The notes below the pieces were generated by a model. That model searched no databases. It saw nothing but the letters and a program-made list of their open reading frames with translations, and was not told where the DNA came from. 64,000 nucleotides of DNA from Candidatus Magasanikbacteria bacterium RIFOXYD2_FULL_41_14 (GTDB taxonomy: Bacteria > Patescibacteriota > Patescibacteriia > Magasanikbacterales > GWA2-37-8). Location of the stretch: the NCBI GenBank assembly GCA_001784475.1, contig MFRE01000022.1, positions 44,234-108,233 of the forward strand. The letters run 5' to 3'. Within the stretch, counting starts at the first letter, position 1, and every line of letters begins with the position of its first letter. Below, in pieces: positions 9,138 to 18,936 of the stretch. Position numbers and translations under genes: made by a program.

Positions 9138-10923
9138 ATATGGATTGGCGGTTTTATTTTTTCTTTTATGTCCGGCCTCGGCGCGCGCGGCCAGTTTATA
9201 TTTATCGCCAGCATCCGGTTCGTACGCTTTAAATAGTAATATCGCGGTGAATGTTTACGTTAGTAGCGCCGACAAAGCGATGAACGCCGTTTCGGGCGTG
9301 TTGGATTTTCCGGCGGATAAATTACAGGTGACCTCCATATCTAAATCCGGTTCGGTAATTAATTTATGGGTGGCAGAGCCGTCTTTTTCCAATTCTGCCG
9401 GTACAGTTAATTTTGAGGGTGTTGCTTTAAACCCCGGATATACTGGTACTAGTGGTAAAATTATTACCATAAATTTTAAAGTTAAAGCCACTGGCGCGGG
9501 TTTGCTTAAGTTTTTATCTGGTTCGGTGTTAGCCAATGATGGTCAGGGGACAGAAATATTATCTGGCACCGGCAATGCGCAGTTTGACTTAGGACAAGGA
9601 AAACCAGTGCCGCCACCACCTGTGACCGTTGTTCCGGCTGGTAAACCAGCGGCTCCGACTGTAACTTCTCTCACTCACCCTGACCAGAATAAATGGTATG
9701 CTGTTAAAGATGCTAAGTTTACTTGGAATTTATCAAGTGATATCACTAAAGCACGATTATTAGTGGACAGCAAAGCGGATACAGCTCCCGCAGTAGTGTA
9801 TTCGCCGGCTGTATCTGAAAAAGAAATGCCGGATATTGATGATGGTGTTTGGTATTTTCATGTCCAGTTATATAATAGTCATGGTTGGGGCGGTATTACT
9901 AATTATCGTTTTCAAATTGATTCTGTCGTACCGACCGATTTTTCAGTGGTTGAAATTAAGCGTGTTGATTCAAGCGAACCGCGTGTTGTTTTTTCCCTAT
10001 CGGCAATTGACGTTGGTTCTGGTATTGATTTTTATGAAATTCGGATTGACAGTCAGGAAGCGATTGTTTGGAAAGATGATGGCACTCACCGATATGAAAC
10101 TCCGACCCTTGATCCTGGTAAACATATTTTAACAGTGCGTGTCTTTGATCGTGCTGGCAACGCCGCATTAGAGTCCGTTGATTTTGAGGTGGTACCATTA
10201 GATAAACCAGTTATTGAGAATTATCCGAACAGTCTGAGGACGGGCGAGCCGTTGGTAATAATTGGTAGGACATATTCCAATAGTCAAGTGACAGGTTATC
10301 TCCAACGCGGTGCGGCCGAACCAACCATTCTGACGATAGCAAGCGACGAAACGGGGCGGTTTATATTTGCGCCGAGCGAAGAATTACGTTCTGGCACTTA
10401 CTTGGTTTGGTTCCAAGTGGCTAAAGATAATGGAGCCCGCAGCGAAGTCACGAAAAAATTTGCTATTATTGTTTCCGAGCCAGCTATTTTACGTATCGGA
10501 TCATTGGCAATTAATGTTCTAGCCGTAATTATTCCTCTTTTTGCGCTTGTGCTATTACTTGTAGGCGTGATTTGGTTTGGATTTTATCGCTTCCGTATTG
10601 TCAGTCGTAATTTAAAAGCAAAGACAGCTGAAGCCAGTTTGGCGCGCAAAGCTTTTGAAGCATTGACTGTTCATTTGTCGGCTGAAATAAATATGTTTGA
10701 GCGCACGGCTTTAAAACGCAAATTAACCTTAGAAGAAGAAGATGTTTTGGCCCAAATGACGAAAGATTTGGCTGAGGCCAATAAAATTGTGGGCAAGAAA
10801 GCAATGGCACCAGTGCCTGGACGTTTTTCCATTCGTGAATCAGAGGTAGAAAAGGCAAAAATGGCGCCTTGCGCTCGTCGGGCGACAAAAATAGCCAAAA
10901 GTACCAAAAAACCGCTAATTTAA
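9121..10923 (+). CDS. Cohesin-domain protein with Pro linker, Ig-like domains, TM helix and cytoplasmic tail
   Basis: ASLYLSPASGSY..VNVYVSS..NAVSGVLDFPADKLQV..GTVNF..VLANDG cohesin; DVGSGIDFYEI; TM near aa 460-490. Confidence 0.85.
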   Translation: MRGGFKYGLAVLFFLLCPASARAASLYLSPASGSYALNSNIAVNVYVSSADKAMNAVSGVLDFPADKLQVTSISKSGSVINLWVAEPSFSNSAGTVNFEGVALNPGYTGTSGKIITINFKVKATGAGLLKFLSGSVLANDGQGTEILSGTGNAQFDLGQGKPVPPPPVTVVPAGKPAAPTVTSLTHPDQNKWYAVKDAKFTWNLSSDITKARLLVDSKADTAPAVVYSPAVSEKEMPDIDDGVWYFHVQLYNSHGWGGITNYRFQIDSVVPTDFSVVEIKRVDSSEPRVVFSLSAIDVGSGIDFYEIRIDSQEAIVWKDDGTHRYETPTLDPGKHILTVRVFDRAGNAALESVDFEVVPLDKPVIENYPNSLRTGEPLVIIGRTYSNSQVTGYLQRGAAEPTILTIASDETGRFIFAPSEELRSGTYLVWFQVAKDNGARSEVTKKFAIIVSEPAILRIGSLAINVLAVIIPLFALVLLLVGVIWFGFYRFRIVSRNLKAKTAEASLARKAFEALTVHLSAEINMFERTALKRKLTLEEEDVLAQMTKDLAEANKIVGKKAMAPVPGRFSIRESEVEKAKMAPCARRATKIAKSTKKPLI

Positions 10924-10932
10924 CATAAGCTC

Positions 10933-10963
10933 AATCTGTCAATACCCCTAGTATTGACAGATT
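10933..10963. terminator. 13-bp perfect hairpin after the cohesin gene, overlapping the rpsA -35
   Basis: AATCTGTCAATAC-cccta-GTATTGACAGATT followed by T-rich sequence. Confidence 0.6.
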
Positions 10964-10981
10964 TTGTTTTTGTGCTATAAT
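10954..10981 (+). promoter_or_regulatory. sigma70 promoter of rpsA
   Basis: TTGACA-16-TATAAT with extended TG. Confidence 0.75.
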
Positions 10982-11126
10982 TAACACATTAATTAAGCCC
11001 GCCTCAATGGCGGACACTCGGCTCTGCCTTATCGGCGGACGGGATAAGAGCGTTTTTTTTGTTTATTTGGAGCAAAGCTAACATTAGCGCGCTCTAAATT
11101 TTCAGATTAAGCGTTTATAAAATTTT

Positions 11127-12347
11127 ATGTTGAGCGACAAAGTCAGCAAGCAAGATTTTAAAAGTATTTTGCAAGACCACCCGATTAATGTTCCCAAAGT
11201 AGGAGATATTGTTACGGGTAAAGTTTTGTCCGTGGACAAGGGCGAGGTTAGAATTGATGTGGAAGGCGTTACTACTGGTATTGTACGTGGTCGCGAATTA
11301 TTCGCGGAATCACGTGAACACGCCAACTTAAAAACAGGCGATGAAGTAGAGGCGACGGTGATGGAAATGGAAAATGAAAATGGCGATATGGAACTTTCTT
11401 TCCGTGTGGCCGGATATCAGCGTGCCTGGGATAATTTGCGCAAGTGGGCTAAGGATTGCCTTACTATTAAAGCTAAAGTTACTGGCGCGAATAAAGGCGG
11501 GCTTATCATGCAGGTGGAGGCTATGCCTGGTTTTATGCCAGTGTCACAACTTGACCCGGAACATTATCCGCGCGTTACTGGCGGTGACAAATCTCGTATT
11601 TTAGAAAAATTACAAGAATTAATCGGCAAGGATTTAGAAGTTAAAGTGATTGATGCCGATGAAAAAGAGGAAAAATTAATTGTTTCCGAACGCGCTGTTT
11701 GGGAAGATGCACAAAAAGCGGTTTTGGAATCATACAAAATTGGCGATATTGTTAATGGCGAAGTGAGTGCGCTTACTTCATTTGGAGCATTTTTGAAATT
11801 TGGCGAAGGTTTGGAAGGTTTGGTTCATATTTCTGAAATCGCTTGGCAGAGAATTGAACATCCACGTGATTTGTTAAAAGTGGGTGATCATGTGAAAGCT
11901 CAGATAATTCAATTAGATAAGTCCAAGATATATCTGTCCTTGAAACGCTTGGTAAGCGATCCGTGGAAACAGGTCGGAGAAAAGTATAAAATTAACGATA
12001 AGGTTAAAGGTAAGATTATCAAAATTGAACCGTTTGGTTTAATGGTGGCGCTCGACGAAGATATTCACGGTTTGGCCCATGTTTCGGAATTATCCGATCA
12101 GCCAGTGGGTAATATTACCGAGAAGTTTAAGATCGGCCAAGAAGTGGAGTTTGAAATTATGAACATTGAAGCGATTGAGCACCGATTGGGCTTGCGTCTC
12201 GCTGGTGTTGCTGGTAAAGCGCCGAAAGCACCAAAGGTAAAGAAATCCGAAAAGGCCAAAGCAAAAGAAGATGAAAAGGATGGAGACAATGTGTTGGCTG
12301 ACGGCGAAGAAAAAGAAGAAAAAAAAGCAGACAAAAAAGCCGAGTGA
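11127..12347 (+). CDS. rpsA: 30S ribosomal protein S1 (four S1 domains)
   Basis: Repeated S1 motifs (FGAF..EGLVHISEIAW, GLAHVSELS). Confidence 0.92.
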   Translation: MLSDKVSKQDFKSILQDHPINVPKVGDIVTGKVLSVDKGEVRIDVEGVTTGIVRGRELFAESREHANLKTGDEVEATVMEMENENGDMELSFRVAGYQRAWDNLRKWAKDCLTIKAKVTGANKGGLIMQVEAMPGFMPVSQLDPEHYPRVTGGDKSRILEKLQELIGKDLEVKVIDADEKEEKLIVSERAVWEDAQKAVLESYKIGDIVNGEVSALTSFGAFLKFGEGLEGLVHISEIAWQRIEHPRDLLKVGDHVKAQIIQLDKSKIYLSLKRLVSDPWKQVGEKYKINDKVKGKIIKIEPFGLMVALDEDIHGLAHVSELSDQPVGNITEKFKIGQEVEFEIMNIEAIEHRLGLRLAGVAGKAPKAPKVKKSEKAKAKEDEKDGDNVLADGEEKEEKKADKKAE

Positions 12348-12364
12348 TATAAAGATCGCGTTGC

Positions 12365-12395
12365 TAAATACCCCCGAATCAATCGGGGGTATTTA
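12365..12395 (+). terminator. Intrinsic terminator
   Basis: TAAATACCCCCGA/TCGGGGGTATTTA hairpin after rpsA. Confidence 0.75.
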
Positions 12396-12406
12396 ATTGG
12401 CATAAA

Positions 12407-12435
12407 TTGACAAAATCATGTTTTTAGTGTAGGAT
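12407..12435 (+). promoter_or_regulatory. sigma70 promoter of ftsH
   Basis: TTGACA-17-TAGGAT. Confidence 0.6.
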
Positions 12436-12491
12436 TTGTTAATAGAGATATAGAAATTAATCTTAAATTATTACTATTCAATATTTCAATT

Positions 12492-14324
12492 ATGCGTAAT
12501 TTTTTCAAGAATTTTTTAATGATTTTTTTGGTTCTGGTCTTAGTAGCCGGAGTTTTGTCTATGACTCAAAATGGGACCAGTAAAAAATCAGAGGAAATAG
12601 ATACTGCAAAACTGGCCCAAGAAATTAACGCCGGACAAGTTAAAAAAGTGACTGTTGCCGGTGATTCGTTGACAGTAGAGCTGCAGGATACCGACGCCCC
12701 TAAACAAACCCTTAAAAAAGAACCAACCGAATCGTTTGGTGAACTTATGAAAAATTATGGTGTTACCGACGAGGCACGCCAGAGTTTAGCGGTGGAAATA
12801 AAAGATGAAAGTGGTTGGAAATTTTGGATGATGAATTTATTGCCAATAATTTTGCCTCTTGTTATCATCATCGGGTTTTTGTATTTTATGACCAGAAGCG
12901 CGCAGGGTATGAACAATAAAGCAATGGGCTTTGGGCAAAGCAATCCGCGTCAAGCTGATAGCCAAGATAAAGATAAAAAAACTTTCAAAGATGTGGCCGG
13001 AGCGGTTGAAGCCAAAGAGGAATTATCTGAAGTTGTTGATTTTTTGAAAGATCCGAAAAAGTTTTCAGTAATGGGGGCAAAAATTCCCAAAGGTGTACTG
13101 CTCATGGGCAATCCAGGTGTGGGTAAAACTCTTTTTGCCAAAGCGGTGGCCGGAGAAGCGGGTGTGCCATTTTTTCACATGTCGGGTTCGGAGTTTGTGG
13201 AAATGTTTGTGGGTGTGGGTGCATCACGCGTGCGTGATTTGTTTGCTAAGGCTAAAAAGGCTGCTCCGGCGATTGTGTTTATTGATGAAATTGATGCGGT
13301 CGGCCGCCGACGTGGTGCCGGTTTAGGTGGAGGGCATGATGAGCGCGAGCAAACTCTAAATCAAATATTAGTTGAAATGGATGGCTTTGAGCCAAATTTG
13401 GGTGTAATTGTAATCGCAGCCACTAACCGCCATGATGTTTTGGATCCGGCCTTGCTCCGCCCCGGTCGTTTTGACCGGCGTGTTACGATTGATTTACCGG
13501 ACATCCGCGATCGCGAAGAAATTTTAAAAATTCACGCGGCTAATAAGCCATTGTCTAAAGAGGTATCGCTTAATCGGTTGGCACAGCGCACGCCTGGTTT
13601 TTCTGGAGCGGATTTGGCCAATCTTTTGAACGAAGCAGCGATTTTGGCAGTGCGACGCAATAAAAAAATCATTGATGAAATTGAAGTGTTAGAATCAGTA
13701 GAAAAGGTATTGCTTGGGCCAGAACGCAGAAGCCGAATAATTTCGGATAAAGACAAAACCATGACCGCCTATCACGAAGCCGGTCATGCTGTTGTGGGGT
13801 ATTTTATGCCTAACTGCGATCCCGTGCGTAAAGTATCTATTATCTCTCGTGGTTCAGCCGGTGGTTATACTTTAAAAATGCCTAGTGAAGACAAGCATTA
13901 TCATACCCTCACCCAGTTTAAAGATGAGATGGCAATGATGATGGGTGGTTATGTAGCCGAGAAAATGATTTACGGCAATGATGAGATTTCCACTGGTCCA
14001 TCGTCTGATTTGCGTAATGCTACCAGTTTAGCTCGTGAGATGGTGACGGCTTATGGTATGAGCGACAAATTAGGTCCGCGTACTTTTGGCAAAAGTGACG
14101 ACATGATATTTTTGGGGCGCGAAATTCACGAACAAGTTGACTATAGTGATAAAACCGCGGAAATGATTGATGCTGAAGTGTTGCATTTGATAAATGAAGC
14201 TCGCGAACGAGCGGAAAAAATGTTGGCGGCCAAACGTCCAGAAATGGAAAAATTAGTAGCCGCGCTTTTGGAGAAGGAAACTATTGAACAGGAAGAAATT
14301 GTGGTGGTATTGGGAGAGAAATAA
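12492..14324 (+). CDS. ftsH: ATP-dependent zinc metalloprotease FtsH
   Basis: Two TM helices, Walker [19 protein letters not shown] ([13 protein letters not shown]), HEAGH. Confidence 0.98.
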   Translation: MRNFFKNFLMIFLVLVLVAGVLSMTQNGTSKKSEEIDTAKLAQEINAGQVKKVTVAGDSLTVELQDTDAPKQTLKKEPTESFGELMKNYGVTDEARQSLAVEIKDESGWKFWMMNLLPIILPLVIIIGFLYFMTRSAQGMNNKAMGFGQSNPRQADSQDKDKKTFKDVAGAVEAKEELSEVVDFLKDPKKFSVMGAKIPKGVLLMGNPGVGKTLFAKAVAGEAGVPFFHMSGSEFVEMFVGVGASRVRDLFAKAKKAAPAIVFIDEIDAVGRRRGAGLGGGHDEREQTLNQILVEMDGFEPNLGVIVIAATNRHDVLDPALLRPGRFDRRVTIDLPDIRDREEILKIHAANKPLSKEVSLNRLAQRTPGFSGADLANLLNEAAILAVRRNKKIIDEIEVLESVEKVLLGPERRSRIISDKDKTMTAYHEAGHAVVGYFMPNCDPVRKVSIISRGSAGGYTLKMPSEDKHYHTLTQFKDEMAMMMGGYVAEKMIYGNDEISTGPSSDLRNATSLAREMVTAYGMSDKLGPRTFGKSDDMIFLGREIHEQVDYSDKTAEMIDAEVLHLINEARERAEKMLAAKRPEMEKLVAALLEKETIEQEEIVVVLGEK

Positions 14325-14367
14325 TTTTAGATTTTAGATGTAAGATTTTAGATATAGCGAATTGGAA

Positions 14368-14400
14368 CAAACCGTTCGGTGATTGCCGGACGGTTTTTTT
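14368..14400 (+). terminator. Intrinsic terminator
   Basis: AACCGTTCGG/CCGGACGGTT hairpin and T run. Confidence 0.75.
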
Positions 14401-14591
14401 ATTAAAATTTTAGCATATGCTATAGCATAGTCTAAATCAAGTAAATAATTAGCGCCTGGTAGCGTTTTTTCTGGCCCAAGTGTTGCAGTGTTTGTTTGTT
14501 TAATTGTTGCATTATCACCGCTTGGCCTATTTTTTCAAAATATGGTATAATACCAATTAACTAATCAACTATTAAACTAATCAACATCACT

Positions 14592-15560
14592 ATGCGCGAA
14601 CCAAATTATCGTCAAGCCTTTCTGCATTCTTGGCAGATTGTGGCAGAGCACAAAATTTTGTGGGTTTTTGGTTTACTATCCGCCTGTTTGGGTCAGTGGG
14701 GGCTAGGGCATTTTTTAGGTGGGCTTAATTTAGCTAGTGTAAATAGTTTAGCATCAGATGGAGACATGCTGTCATTTTGGCACGCAGTTTTGGGTGCCGG
14801 ACATGTCAGTGGAATGTCGGCCATATTTGTCGCTTGGCTTATACTTATTGTGGTCGCTTTAGTAGTTTTATTTATTTTTGTGGCAGTTGTTTCCCGTGGG
14901 GCACTCATTGCGGCTGTAGGCCATTGGTTTGCCAAAGATGGCAAAGTGCCGACCACTCTTGCTTGGCGCTATGGTGTAAAGAATTTTTGGGAGATTTTCT
15001 TTTTGACTATTTTAGCACGCGCATTTGAAGCGGCGCTGTTACTTTTGGCAATACCAGTATTTGTGTATCATACCGGCACGACCGCTGGTGCATTTGTGCA
15101 AGCGCTCTACGGCGCTGTTACTTTGGCTGTCGGCTTGATTGTGGAAGTGTTAACAATCTTTGCTTCCGGGTATGTTGTGATTGACGGAGCAAGCGTGCCA
15201 ACGGCGATTTCGCGTGCTTGGCGACTGCTTGCCCGCCATGTTTTGATAGTACTAGAATTGGGAATATTATTAGTTGTTATTAATTGTTTATTGGTAATTG
15301 GCGTTTTACTATCTTCTTTTGTCGTGTTTATTCCGGCAATTTTAATTTGGTTAGTCGCGGTTGTCACTGGTTGGAACGCCTTGATTGGAGCCGGCGTCAC
15401 TTTGGCGATAATCTTATTTATAATAATTCTCGTTTTATCAGCCGGCATATTTAATGCGTTTAACACCAGCGCTTGGATGTATTTATTTATTAAAATGCAT
15501 CGCGAAAATTATGTGGGCTGGTTACTCAATAGAATAAAAAGTTTGTTTGTAAGAAAATAA
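14592..15560 (+). CDS. Multi-pass membrane protein of unknown function
   Basis: 322 aa, about 7 hydrophobic helices. Confidence 0.8.
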   Translation: MREPNYRQAFLHSWQIVAEHKILWVFGLLSACLGQWGLGHFLGGLNLASVNSLASDGDMLSFWHAVLGAGHVSGMSAIFVAWLILIVVALVVLFIFVAVVSRGALIAAVGHWFAKDGKVPTTLAWRYGVKNFWEIFFLTILARAFEAALLLLAIPVFVYHTGTTAGAFVQALYGAVTLAVGLIVEVLTIFASGYVVIDGASVPTAISRAWRLLARHVLIVLELGILLVVINCLLVIGVLLSSFVVFIPAILIWLVAVVTGWNALIGAGVTLAIILFIIILVLSAGIFNAFNTSAWMYLFIKMHRENYVGWLLNRIKSLFVRK

Positions 15561-15565
15561 TTGCC

Positions 15566-17284
15566 ATGCCATTTCCTTCTATTAATGATTTGCTTAAAAA
15601 AGATGACGTCCCAAAAGCGCCCGATGTTGAGATTGATTGGAATAACCCGGTTTCCAAGTTTAATAAAGGAATAAAAGACATTGATATTCGCGCGAAGGAG
15701 AAAGAAACCAAGCAGATTGCCACAGCATCGGGTATGCCTTATATTAATTTGGATGAGACCCCAATCTCTTCCGAAGCTTTAAAGATTGTTTCAGAGTCAG
15801 TGGCACGTGAAAAGAAATTGGCCTGTTTTTATTTTTCCGCTTCTGAATTGCGTCTGGCTTCCACCAAACCTTTGCCGGCCGATGATGATTTTGTTTATCA
15901 ACTGGGTGAGCGCCATCATTGCAAGGTGGCAACATATCTGGTTTCGGAGCATGGTTTTGAACGAGTATTAAGATTATATTCCACTTTACCGATCGTGTTG
16001 CCTGTCACCAAAGACATTAACATCACCGACGAAGAATTGGCAAAGTTTAGCGCGGAAATAAGTACCATTGCTAGTTTGGCCGAGCATTTTAAAATTGTTT
16101 CCATTACTGATATTTTGTCGCTCATGATTGCGGCGGCTTTACGTTTAAATGCTTCGGATATTCATGTTGAAGCGGAAGAGAACACAATTAAGGTGCGCTA
16201 TCGGGTTGATGGTGTTTTGCACGAGGTGGCGCAATTACCGCGTGAACAATGGGCTAGATTTATTTCGCGTATTAAATTATTGGCCGGTTTAAAAATTAAT
16301 GTTGTTAATAAGCCACAAGACGGTCGGGTGTCATTAAAATTATCACATGAAAGTTTGGATGTGCGTGTATCTACTTTGCCAACCACTTATGGCGAGAGTG
16401 CGGTTTTGAGAATTTTATTTAGTGGCAATAAGGGGGTTAGTTTTGATGATTTAGGAATTCGGGGCGAGGCCTATGTTCGCCTAAAGCGTGAGATGGAGAG
16501 GCCTAACGGCATGATTATCACTACCGGTCCGACTGGCTCTGGCAAAACAACGACTTTGTACGCTATTTTACGTTCTTTAAATAAACCGGGGGTAAACATT
16601 GTCACCATGGAAGATCCGGTAGAAATTAAAATGGAGGGCATAAACCAAAGCCAGGTAGATGTGGAACATGGCTATACTTTTGCCAAGGGCCTGCGCAGTA
16701 TCTTGCGTCAGGATCCGGATATTTGTATGGTCGGCGAAATTCGTGATTTAGAATCAGCGGAAATTGCGGTGCAGGCAGCGCTCACCGGACATTTGATGTT
16801 ATCAACCGTGCATACCAATAGCGCTGCTGGCACGGTACCGCGCTTATTGTCTATGGGGGTGAAGCCATTTTTGTTGGCGCCGGCTTTAAATGCCGTGATG
16901 GGGCAACGTTTGGTGCGTCGCATTTGTGAACATTGCGTGGTAGAAGAGGAGTTGAGCTCGGAAATATTAGAACGAGTCGGGAAAATAATTAACAGTTTGC
17001 CGTCAGACGCGAAGGCCTCTATTAAAGATCGTCCTCTTACTTTTTATAAAGGCAAAGGATGTGCGAAGTGTAGTGGTTTGGGCTATAAGGGTCGGGTTGG
17101 TATTTATGAGTTGTTTACCATGAATAAAGAAATTGAAAGTGTGATTTTGGCGGATAACGCTTCGGAATATACTATTGCTGAAATGGCTGTTAAAGATGGC
17201 ATGATTACAATGGCCCAGGATGGAATTTTGAAAGCAATGGATAAAATTACTACTATTGAAGAAGTATTTAGAGTGTCGGAGTAG
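15566..17284 (+). CDS. GspE/PulE/PilB-family type IV pilus assembly ATPase
   Basis: ASDIHVE, RYRVDG, GPTGSGKTTT, EDPVE, LRQDPD..VGEIRD, tetra-Cys motif, GYKGRVGIYE. Confidence 0.95.
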   Translation: MPFPSINDLLKKDDVPKAPDVEIDWNNPVSKFNKGIKDIDIRAKEKETKQIATASGMPYINLDETPISSEALKIVSESVAREKKLACFYFSASELRLASTKPLPADDDFVYQLGERHHCKVATYLVSEHGFERVLRLYSTLPIVLPVTKDINITDEELAKFSAEISTIASLAEHFKIVSITDILSLMIAAALRLNASDIHVEAEENTIKVRYRVDGVLHEVAQLPREQWARFISRIKLLAGLKINVVNKPQDGRVSLKLSHESLDVRVSTLPTTYGESAVLRILFSGNKGVSFDDLGIRGEAYVRLKREMERPNGMIITTGPTGSGKTTTLYAILRSLNKPGVNIVTMEDPVEIKMEGINQSQVDVEHGYTFAKGLRSILRQDPDICMVGEIRDLESAEIAVQAALTGHLMLSTVHTNSAAGTVPRLLSMGVKPFLLAPALNAVMGQRLVRRICEHCVVEEELSSEILERVGKIINSLPSDAKASIKDRPLTFYKGKGCAKCSGLGYKGRVGIYELFTMNKEIESVILADNASEYTIAEMAVKDGMITMAQDGILKAMDKITTIEEVFRVSE

Positions 17285-17415
17285 TTTTATTTAAAGGTAA
17301 CAGAAAAGCAATCGTTTTGGCGAAATACTGTTGTTAGCGGAAGATTGAAGATTAAAGATTGGAGATTTACTTAGGTAGTCTTCGCTCTTAATTCTTTAAT
17401 TACTTACAAAAATAT

Positions 17416-18558
17416 ATGATTGTACGCCACAGTGAAACTAACGCTCCTTTTGAGCCATCGGTGCGTTTTTACCGCACTATTGCCTTGTCATTTTTGGCAG
17501 TTACCATTATTCTTTTAGGAACAATTATTTTTGTTACCTCTAAAAAAGCGACTCTAATAATCACCGCTAAAGAAGATGTAAAAAGCGCAAACTTGAGTGT
17601 GGGACTGGGCAAGGATAAAACCGATGATGCGGTGCGCGGTATTGTTACCTCCACCGTCTTTAGTTGGACGGAGAAATTTTTTCCTACTACTTATAAATCC
17701 GAAGACAGTGTCGCCGTCGGTTCACTTGTGATTTATAACAAAAGTAATGCCAGCCAGCCCCTAGTAAAAACCACACGCTTTTTAACACCAAACAATATCA
17801 TGTTTCGCTTAACCGACGACGTAGTTGTACCGGCGAATGGTCAAATTACCGCTGAAGTTTACGCAGATCAAATTGGCGCAAATAGCGAAATTGGGCCTAG
17901 CCAGTTTGTTATTCCTGGTTTATCTGCCGACAGACAAAAATTTGTTTATGCCGAAAGTGCGGAAAATATGAAAGGCGGTAGCAATAAGGTGGGTGTTTTG
18001 ACCGACTCTGATTTACAATCCGCTCGAACTATTTATATTGAAAAGTTAAAGCAAAATTTAATAAAGCAGTTACCCCCTTATCAGGATGGCTTTGAAGCAG
18101 TGGTGTCGGTAGTAAGTCAGCAAGTTGATGCCGATTATGCCGTGGGGGATTCAGTAGCCGAGTTTAATTTGTCTGGTTCCAATACGGCGGTAGTGGCGTG
18201 GTACAAAAGTGATGATTTAAAATCAATGATTGCTAAAGAAATTAACAGTAAGGTTGACGTCAGTTTGGAAAAAGTGGTGGCAGTAATCGGAGATCCGCTT
18301 GTCACTTTGACGTCATATGATTTGGCAAAAAATACCGCTCAATTAGCAGTTAGCCAAGAAGCTAAAGTAACCTTGGCAGTGGATGCTGATAAATTGTCAC
18401 CCGGGCGTTTTTTGGGACAGACCAAAGAAGAAATTGAACGCTATGTGCTTGGTTTAGAGCATGTATCAGCGGTAGATGTTAGTTTTTCGCCGTCCTGGGC
18501 CAGAAAATCGCCTACTTCAGTTGATCGTATTAAGGTGGTTGTAAAAAGTATAAAATAA
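17416..18558 (+). CDS. Membrane-anchored protein with baseplate-J/gp47-like region
   Basis: N-terminal TM; IYN..QPLVKTTRF..FRL..VVVPA..VYADQIG..IPGL pattern recalled from CPR 'baseplate J-like' proteins. Confidence 0.55.
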   Translation: MIVRHSETNAPFEPSVRFYRTIALSFLAVTIILLGTIIFVTSKKATLIITAKEDVKSANLSVGLGKDKTDDAVRGIVTSTVFSWTEKFFPTTYKSEDSVAVGSLVIYNKSNASQPLVKTTRFLTPNNIMFRLTDDVVVPANGQITAEVYADQIGANSEIGPSQFVIPGLSADRQKFVYAESAENMKGGSNKVGVLTDSDLQSARTIYIEKLKQNLIKQLPPYQDGFEAVVSVVSQQVDADYAVGDSVAEFNLSGSNTAVVAWYKSDDLKSMIAKEINSKVDVSLEKVVAVIGDPLVTLTSYDLAKNTAQLAVSQEAKVTLAVDADKLSPGRFLGQTKEEIERYVLGLEHVSAVDVSFSPSWARKSPTSVDRIKVVVKSIK

Positions 18559-18610
18559 TTATTGTCATCCCGACGAAGGTCGGGATCTCTGTCCGGTCGG
18601 TTGTTCTGAT

Positions 18611-18638
18611 TTGACAAAAAAATCAGATAATATATAAT
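18611..18638 (+). promoter_or_regulatory. sigma70 promoter of the T-box/GNAT/thrS unit
   Basis: TTGACA-16-TATAAT. Confidence 0.8.
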
Positions 18639-18644
18639 GTATAC

Positions 18645-18866
18645 ATGGCGATTGAAACGGTTACCAACCGTTTATCCGCAAGGATCCCGATTTAGTCGGG
18701 GCTAAGCCAAATAAAAGTTAAACATTCGGGTGGAACCGTCCTTCGTTCCGACTTGGTCGGAACTACGGCCGGCAAGCCGTCTAGTGCTGTGAAAAGCATT
18801 AACGTTTTTGCCAAATTATTTTGAAGGACCCCGATACCTTTTTTGAGGTATTGGGGTATTTTTTTT
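18645..18866 (+). ncRNA. T-box riboswitch (Thr), atypical minimal form
   Basis: Antiterminator TCGGG-TGGAACC-GTCCTTC (18726-18744) pairs with GAAGGAC-CCCGA (18823-18834); overlapping terminator 18828-18857 plus T8; ACC in hairpin loop 18663-18665. Confidence 0.8.
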
Positions 18867-18892
18867 AAATTACACTTATCGGCAGTAGGCAC

Positions 18893-18912
18893 GTCCGTAC
18901 ACGTGTACGGAC
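18893..18912. repeat. Perfect palindrome, copy 1
   Basis: GTCCGTACACGTGTACGGAC. Confidence 0.9.
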
Positions 18913-18936
18913 ATAAATAAGTATTTAAATCATGAT

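Noticed and set aside
15566-17284. PilB as motor of the 3.6-10.9 kb locus
   Set aside because: Separated by rpsA and ftsH; locus proteins lack class III prepilin signals; PilB homologs are ordinary in CPR.
17416-18558. Prophage or contractile system suggested by the baseplate-J-like gene
   Set aside because: No other phage or tail genes nearby; the protein is membrane-anchored and solitary.
18645-18710. tRNA gene (cloverleaf-like fold)
   Set aside because: No TTC-type T-loop or 7-bp acceptor stem; better explained as the T-box aptamer.
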